Below, piece by piece: positions 46,442-51,616 of a stretch of 51,616 nucleotides of DNA. The DNA is taken from assembly GCA_003552785.1 (NCBI GenBank), contig PUOQ01000084.1, forward strand, positions 1-51,616. Direction: 5' to 3'. The notes under the pieces are model-generated. The model was not told the origin of the DNA and did not search any database. It saw only the letters and a list, made by a program, of their open reading frames with translations. A program made the position numbers and the translations under genes. Within the stretch, counting starts at the first letter, position 1; each line of letters opens with the position of its first letter. This stretch comes from Dehalococcoidia bacterium. GTDB taxonomy: Bacteria > Chloroflexota > Dehalococcoidia > Dehalococcoidales > CSSed11-197.

Positions 46442-47584
46442 ATGACAACAACGTTTTACATACCCACCAGAATAATTTCCGGAGCCGGCTCGTTTGACCA
46501 GCTTGGCCGGGAGGCAGCTCTGCTGGGCTCAAAAGCACTGCTTGTTACCGGCAAAAGAAGCATGCGTGCCTCAGGGCTTTTGGATAAGGCACAAAGAAAC
46601 CTCAAGAAGTCCGGTGTCGAAACGGTTGTATTCGACAGGGTAGAGCCCAACCCCCGCTCTTTAACAGTAGATGAAGGGGCCAGGCTGACAAGAGAAGAGC
46701 AGATAAATATAGTTGTGGCACTGGGAGGCGGCAGCGCCATAGATGCAGCCAAGGGCATTGTAATTGCCGCTGCCGGCGGCAAGTCTATCTGGAACTATGT
46801 TACCAGCAGGGAACATGTTGACAGGAATAAGGCACCTGCTTTGATAGCTGTGCCCACCGTAGCCGCCAGTGGCTCGGAATCCAACCCGGGAGCCGTAATT
46901 ACCAACTGGGAAACCCATGAAAAATGCATGGTATCCAGGGAGTGCTCCTGGCCAGCCGTTTCTATTGTCGACCCGGAACTTACTCTTTCACTGCCGCTCA
47001 AGCCGACGCTTCAGGGCGGGGTGGACATTTTCTGCCATTTGATTGAACCATATGTAACCGCTGCCCATCCAGCCCCTTTAACCGATGGTATTCTGGAAAC
47101 ATGCCTGAAAATTGTGGTTGATTATCTGCCGGCTGTTGCTGAAAACCTCTCGGACATGGAAGGGCGCACCCAGCTGTCCTGGGCTTCGACCATCGCCTGC
47201 TCCGACTTTACATCTCTAGGTGGAGGGGATGGAGCCATGACCCTTCATGGAATCGAGCACCCTCTAAGCGGCTACTATGATATTGCCCATGGTGACGGTC
47301 TGGCGGCGCTGTTGCCGGCCTGGATGCAATACACTTACCCGGCCAGAAAGGAACGCTTCGAAAAAATGGGGCAAAATGTTTTCGGGCAAACAGACGGCAT
47401 CGGCGCCGTAAAAGAATGGCTTGCCCGAACGGGCATGAATATCGGCTTAGCACAGCTCGGCATCAAAGAAAACACAATCGATGAAATGGCAGAATGCGCC
47501 GTCAGAACAGCCCCGTGGTTAAAAAAGCACCCCCTGCCGCTGAACGCTTCAACAACTGCTGAAATTTACCGGAAATCTTTTTAG
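46442..47584 (+). CDS. Iron-containing (group III) alcohol dehydrogenase
   Basis: 380 aa with the GGGSAIDAAK motif and the His cluster HGIEHPLSGYYDIAHGDGLA. Confidence 0.85.
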   Translation: MTTTFYIPTRIISGAGSFDQLGREAALLGSKALLVTGKRSMRASGLLDKAQRNLKKSGVETVVFDRVEPNPRSLTVDEGARLTREEQINIVVALGGGSAIDAAKGIVIAAAGGKSIWNYVTSREHVDRNKAPALIAVPTVAASGSESNPGAVITNWETHEKCMVSRECSWPAVSIVDPELTLSLPLKPTLQGGVDIFCHLIEPYVTAAHPAPLTDGILETCLKIVVDYLPAVAENLSDMEGRTQLSWASTIACSDFTSLGGGDGAMTLHGIEHPLSGYYDIAHGDGLAALLPAWMQYTYPARKERFEKMGQNVFGQTDGIGAVKEWLARTGMNIGLAQLGIKENTIDEMAECAVRTAPWLKKHPLPLNASTTAEIYRKSF

Positions 47585-47600
47585 CCGGCCTTGTTTTTAT

Positions 47601-47978
47601 TTAACCCGGGCGGTATTCAACCCAGCTGCCGGGTGACTCCCATACGGTGACAGATTCAAGATCCAGCCCGGCGGGCAAATCGGTAAAAGACTTATTTAAC
47701 CCGTCGTAGATTACACGGGCAATATTTTCAGAAGATGGATTAATAACGTCAAAAGGCGGTACTTCATTCAGGCAGGCATGGTCGAAACAGGAAATAACCC
47801 CGTCAAGCACCTGTTTGAAGCGGCTAAAATCATAAGCCAGGCCTGTTTCATCGGTATTCTCAGCCCTTAAACAGGCTGCCACCCGGTAACGGTGGCCATG
47901 CAGATTTTCACATCTGCCCCGGTACCCCCTCAGGTAGTGAGCAGCATCAAAATTCCTTTCTACATTCACTCGATACAT
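47601..47978 (-). CDS. queD: 6-carboxytetrahydropterin synthase / PTPS-family protein (COG0720) with a CExxHGH active site
   Basis: 125 aa with FDAAHYL and CENLHGHRYRV (codons 47912-47892). It is the last gene of the folP-folK operon. Confidence 0.85.
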   Translation of the reverse strand: MYRVNVERNFDAAHYLRGYRGRCENLHGHRYRVAACLRAENTDETGLAYDFSRFKQVLDGVISCFDHACLNEVPPFDVINPSSENIARVIYDGLNKSFTDLPAGLDLESVTVWESPGSWVEYRPG

Positions 47979-47982
47979 AATA

Positions 47983-48486
47983 TTATAATTCTCCCGCCTT
48001 ACTTACTCCCTGCCGGTTATCAAAAACACCAGCAAGTAATTGACCGATGCTATTACCAGTAGCTGGATCAACAAAATCCGGCGCAATTTCGCTCATCGGA
48101 ACCAGAACAAATGCCCGGGAAGATAAACGAGGGTGAGGAATCGAAAGTTCCGGCTCCCTGACAACCATGTCCTCATAAAAAAGTATATCGATATCCAGCG
48201 TCCGCGGTGAATTTCTGGTGTAACCCGGCAACCGGCCCAGTTCTTTTTCAATACTTTTGACAAAATCAAGTAGGCCCTGTGGCGAAAGAGTGGTTTTAAC
48301 CTCGCAAACCATATTTAAAAACCTGGGCTGGTCAATGTTGTCCAACGGCTCAGTTTCATAAACTGATGATTTTTTAACTATAACAACCCGCCGGGAAAGT
48401 AAATCCATGGCTTTATTCAAATTCCTGCACCTGTTGCCTACGTTTGAACCCAGGCCCAAAAAGGCACGGGCCGGTACCGGGTTCAT
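47983..48486 (-). CDS. folK: 2-amino-4-hydroxy-6-hydroxymethyldihydropteridine diphosphokinase
   Basis: 167 aa with AFLGLGSNVGN, YETEP, PRTLDIDIL and PHP motifs. Confidence 0.9.
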   Translation of the reverse strand: MNPVPARAFLGLGSNVGNRCRNLNKAMDLLSRRVVIVKKSSVYETEPLDNIDQPRFLNMVCEVKTTLSPQGLLDFVKSIEKELGRLPGYTRNSPRTLDIDILFYEDMVVREPELSIPHPRLSSRAFVLVPMSEIAPDFVDPATGNSIGQLLAGVFDNRQGVSKAGEL

Positions 48487-49325
48487 GTTCTCCTCCCCAT
48501 AATGGCATCGCTCATACGGGCCACTCTGTACATCGCCCTTACATCGTGAACACGAATAATATCTGCTCCGTTGTAGATGCCGATTGCCACGGATGCAGCA
48601 GTTCCCTCCAGCCTATCATCTTCAGGAAGATTCAAGGTCAACCCTATGAAGGATTTTCTGGATGTGCCCAAAAGAACCGGTTTTCCCAGTGTTTTTAATT
48701 CAGCCAGACGCCTGACAACCTCCAGATTTTGCTCCCTTGTCTTGCCAAAACCTATTCCCGGGTCGAGGATAATATTGCTGGCCGGTACACCGGCTTTTAA
48801 CGCAATATTTATACCTGAATCGAGATCAGATAAAACGGCTTTCATGATATCTGTGGCCGGTTTATCCCTTTCATTGGCGGTGATAATTAGGGGTACTTTC
48901 TTTTCTGCTGCAACATTTGCCAGATCAGGACTCTTTTTTAAGCCCCAGATATCGTTTATCATGCCTGCTCCGGCATCAACAGCTTTACGTGCAATTTCGG
49001 TTTTGTACGTATCGATACTTAAAGGCACTGAAAAACGCGCTGAAATACCTTCAATAGCAGGTATCACCCTGCCAAGCTCCTCGTCTACCGTTACGGGGGC
49101 AGAATTGGGCCGGGTCGATTCGCCACCAATATCAAGAATATCAGCCCCTTCATCAACAAACCGCCGCGCCTGATTCAAGGCATCGTCCAGCATCCCAACA
49201 CCGTCACCGGAAAACGAATCCGGGCTCAGGTTGATGATGCCCATAACATAAGCACGGCGCCCCCAGCTGAATTTCACTCCTCCAATACCGGTTTCTCCAC
49301 GTGCTGATTCACCTTCAAACAACAA
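48483..49325 (-). CDS. folP: Dihydropteroate synthase
   Basis: 280 aa with GIINLSPDSFSGDG, GADILDIGGESTRP, INDIWG and RVHDV. It overlaps folK by 4 nt. Confidence 0.92.
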   Translation of the reverse strand: MLFEGESARGETGIGGVKFSWGRRAYVMGIINLSPDSFSGDGVGMLDDALNQARRFVDEGADILDIGGESTRPNSAPVTVDEELGRVIPAIEGISARFSVPLSIDTYKTEIARKAVDAGAGMINDIWGLKKSPDLANVAAEKKVPLIITANERDKPATDIMKAVLSDLDSGINIALKAGVPASNIILDPGIGFGKTREQNLEVVRRLAELKTLGKPVLLGTSRKSFIGLTLNLPEDDRLEGTAASVAIGIYNGADIIRVHDVRAMYRVARMSDAIMGRRT

Positions 49326-49413
49326 ACCCCTCCATCAACTGTTTGGTGCATATTATACCTGATTATTAAGCCCTGGGAAGACCCTGGGTTATATTTATTA
49401 ATACAAGCTCAAA

Positions 49414-49442
49414 TTGACATCATATTATAGTTGGTGTATCAT
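49414..49442 (+). promoter_or_regulatory. Putative tat-cluster promoter
   Basis: TTGACA (49414-49419), 17 nt, TATCAT (49437-49442). These are the same hexamers and spacing as the putative 23S promoter. Confidence 0.5.
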
Positions 49443-49538
49443 TGAAATCTAGTTAATAGTCTTAATTATACCTTATCTTTAACCACAAAACCGGCAACGG
49501 TTAAATAATTTATAGATAATTTTAGGGAGGAGATAGTT

Positions 49539-49880
49539 ATGCGACCACCAGGTCCCCTAGAAATAGGTCTTATTCTGCTGATCATTCTTATCGTTTTCGG
49601 TGTAGGCAAGCTTCCCCAGGTAGGTTCTGCCCTGGGTAAAGGAATCGCTTCTTTCCGCCAGGGAGCCAAGGGCGAAGATCCAGACGAAAGCGCTGAAAAG
49701 GAAACACCAAAAAAGAAAACCAAGCGTAAAACCAGGAAGACAACCAAGAAGGCTACTCCGGCCAAGACAGAGGCTGCTGAAGCCAAGACCGAAGCTGCTG
49801 AAACCAAGACCGAAGCTTCTACTGAGGCCAAGGCCGAGTCTGCCGAAGCAAAGCCAAGTGAAGATACAAAACAGGCCTAA
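49539..49880 (+). CDS. tatA: Twin-arginine translocase TatA/E-family protein with a long Lys/Ala/Glu-rich tail
   Basis: 113 aa; LEIGLILLIILIVFGVGKLPQVGSALGKGIASFRQG gives the TM helix plus FG-hinge and amphipathic helix. AGGGAGGAG RBS is present. Confidence 0.85.
   Translation: MRPPGPLEIGLILLIILIVFGVGKLPQVGSALGKGIASFRQGAKGEDPDESAEKETPKKKTKRKTRKTTKKATPAKTEAAEAKTEAAETKTEASTEAKAESAEAKPSEDTKQA
49761..49823 (+). repeat. 3 x 21-nt in-frame tandem repeat inside the tatA tail
   Basis: The three units are gccaagacagaggctgctgaa, gccaagaccgaagctgctgaa and accaagaccgaagcttctact, encoding AKTEAAE, AKTEAAE and TKTEAST. Confidence 0.8.
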
Positions 49881-50034
49881 ACTCAAAAACCCGGGTTTGT
49901 TTAATACTGCGGGTGGTTCCGGCTAAGAATTGGATGTTCCAGTATTTAGCCGGTTCAGGTTTAGCTTTATATATTTCTAACCTATAAAACTGATCAAGGG
50001 GTATGACGGGTATTGAGCAAGGGAGGAAGTGATT

Positions 50035-50247
50035 ATGCGACCACCAGGTCCACTGGAAATAGTTCTTATAATAGTCATCCTTGTTATCGTATTCGGAGTC
50101 GGCAAACTGCCTCAGGTTACAGAGTTTATTGGCCGGGGGCTTGGTAAAGCCGCCGGAACTTTACGTGGCAAAAATGAGAATGAAAACCGAGATGATAATC
50201 AGGAAGACCCTCCAAAGAAAAAGAAGGTCATCAGGAAGCTGGATTAA
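50035..50247 (+). CDS. tatA: Second TatA/E-family paralogue
   Basis: 70 aa from the ATG at 50035 (MRPPGPLEIVLIIVILVIVFGVGKLPQV...). The first 19 nt (ATGCGACCACCAGGTCC...) and the GGGAGGA RBS are shared with the first tatA. Confidence 0.85.
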   Translation: MRPPGPLEIVLIIVILVIVFGVGKLPQVTEFIGRGLGKAAGTLRGKNENENRDDNQEDPPKKKKVIRKLD

Positions 50248-50341
50248 ACCCGATCAAATAAATTTAAAGGCTGGTTCGAATTTAGGCGGCCTTCATAAGC
50301 CGGTTACAAAACCAGATTAAGGCCGCTAGAGTTACTTTACT

Positions 50342-51064
50342 ATGGGCATAATGGAAATATTACTGGTTCTGGTGGTTGCCCTTATAGTTCTGGGCCCGGA
50401 AAAGCTTCCTGAAACAGCACGAAAACTCGGAAGGGTCGTCAGGGATTTCAGAAAAATGTCTTCAGGCCTCACCGGTGAGATGAGTAAAGCCCTGGGAGTA
50501 GACGATGACGATGAGGAAGAAAGCATAACAAATGATTTCAAGTCCGTCCGGAAGGATATATACGACCTCAGAAGTTCCCTTAACAAGGATGCCGATGAAC
50601 TTAGTAATGTTGTAGCCAGTGAAGCAAAGCAGGTTCAGGAATCCATGAGCAAGGAAACGGGGGAAGTTGTTTCCGAGCTGCAAAGCGACTCCCGTGAAAT
50701 GAGTAAAGACTTCGGCGAAAGCTTTGAAGAAGTCGGTAAAATGGTTGAAGAAGAAGCTACCGAAGTCCGGCAATCTGTTGCTGAAGACAGCCAGAAGCTA
50801 AGTGAGGCGTTTGAAAAAAGCAGCCAGGAAATCCAGAAGACCCTGGCAGAAGAAGCCGAAGAAATAAAAGAAGTGGTGGAAGAGCCGGCAGAAGCACCAC
50901 CAAAGCCCTCAAAAAAACCTGCTTCCAAACCGGAAACCGGCAAAAAAAGCAGTAAAGATTCATCTAAAGCGGGCAATAAATCACCGGATAAACCAAAAAG
51001 CGTAGGTAAATCTGCCACCAGGCAGGAAAAGTCCGAACCAGGGGCAGGTAATGGCCAGGGGTAA
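50342..51064 (+). CDS. tatB: TatB-like Tat component with a long acidic helical tail
   Basis: 240 aa; MEILLVLVVALIVLGPEKLPETARKLGRVVRDFRK gives the TM helix plus GP hinge typical of TatB/TatA. About 190 aa of E/K/S-rich sequence follow. Confidence 0.7.
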   Translation: MGIMEILLVLVVALIVLGPEKLPETARKLGRVVRDFRKMSSGLTGEMSKALGVDDDDEEESITNDFKSVRKDIYDLRSSLNKDADELSNVVASEAKQVQESMSKETGEVVSELQSDSREMSKDFGESFEEVGKMVEEEATEVRQSVAEDSQKLSEAFEKSSQEIQKTLAEEAEEIKEVVEEPAEAPPKPSKKPASKPETGKKSSKDSSKAGNKSPDKPKSVGKSATRQEKSEPGAGNGQG

Positions 51065-51104
51065 TCCGCAGGCTGCAGATCCATCAGAAGCACAGACTCA
51101 GGGC

Positions 51105-51616
51105 ATGCCCATAATGGTACACCTGAGAGAGATGCGCGACAGGTTGGTCAAGTCTGTCTTTATCCTGCTGATAACCACTACCATCGCCTTTTTTTTCGCA
51201 GACCAGATAATTGAAATTTTAAAAAGGCCTGCAGGCGATGTAGACCTGATTGCCATTGAACTGATTGAAAACCTGGGCGTCTTCCTGAGGGCAAGCCTGG
51301 CAGGCGGCATAATACTGGCTATGCCTTTCCTCATCTACCAGCTTTTTGCTTTCGTGGCCCCCGCTTTGACAGGCAGGGAGAAACGTTTTATTTATACCAT
51401 ACTGCCGTTCATAGTAATAATGTTTCTTGCAGGTGTATCATTTGCATATTTCGTAGCCCTGCCACCAGCACTAAGCTTTCTGTTTACTTTCATGACAGAT
51501 CAGGCCGAAACTCAAATTCGTATATCCAACTACGTAATGATTGTCACCCGGTTGATAGTCGGGCTGGGTATTGTTTTCGAGGCCCCGGTGATTATAATGT
51601 TCCTGGCCCGGATGGG
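51105..51616 (+). CDS. tatC: Twin-arginine translocase subunit TatC (partial, continues past the window end)
   Basis: My translation is MPIMVHLREMRDRLVKSVFILLITTTIAFFF...FVAPALTGREKRF...GIVFEAPVIIMFLARM, with the HL-ELR-RL and FE-PV signatures. An alternative in-frame ATG at 51051 overlaps tatB. Confidence 0.88.
   Translation, partial: MPIMVHLREMRDRLVKSVFILLITTTIAFFFADQIIEILKRPAGDVDLIAIELIENLGVFLRASLAGGIILAMPFLIYQLFAFVAPALTGREKRFIYTILPFIVIMFLAGVSFAYFVALPPALSFLFTFMTDQAETQIRISNYVMIVTRLIVGLGIVFEAPVIIMFLARM

Noticed and set aside
50262-50300. A tRNA T-arm-like string, GGTTCGAAT
   Set aside because: There is no matching acceptor stem, D-arm or anticodon arm around it. The would-be 5' half would overlap the tatA2 coding end. 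I found no tRNA cloverleaf in any intergenic region of the window.

Overview
A largely housekeeping chromosomal segment from a roughly 47% GC bacterium. Gene content and the unlinked 23S rRNA suggest an anaerobic Chloroflexota/Dehalococcoidia-like organism, but that is a guess I cannot verify. The window opens inside a minus-strand 23S rRNA gene that has its own promoter and no 16S or tRNA upstream. About 55 tightly packed genes follow: mscS, ilvE, leuS, proC, cvpA, ferredoxin, coaD, rsmD, clpC, oadGB, folC, pyrF, holA, a DUF47-PiT phosphate pair, gmk, remA, nfnAB-like, ychF, trkAH, alaS, ruvX, a CtaB-like prenyltransferase, tgt, an Fe-ADH, queD-folK-folP, and a tatA-tatA-tatB-tatC cluster that runs off the end. 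I see no transposase, integrase, phage gene, CRISPR array or tRNA. The one clearly non-standard region is a co-directional 8.4 kb cluster (12064-20464). It starts with a Phd/YefM antitoxin and a RelE/ParE-fold domain fused in-frame to a degenerate MocA-like nucleotidyltransferase, preceded by a duplicated ATGTACAT palindrome. It continues with a chimeric ABC importer (NitT/TauT-type binding protein and permease with a ModC/CysA-type TOBE ATPase). The YqeB / SAM-methyltransferase / YqeC / XdhC set typical of selenium-dependent molybdenum hydroxylase maturation follows, then a 425-aa unknown protein. No hydroxylase or selD lies anywhere in the window. Other points worth checking are a single-pore-loop TrkH/KtrB-like membrane protein fused to RCK_C, gmk with no canonical start codon ahead of its P-loop, a DUF47 gene that seems to start at ATT, a CExxHGH-type QueD in a folB-less folate operon, and a long structured leader before trkAH. 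All functional calls come from reading the supplied translations for motifs; no database search was possible.
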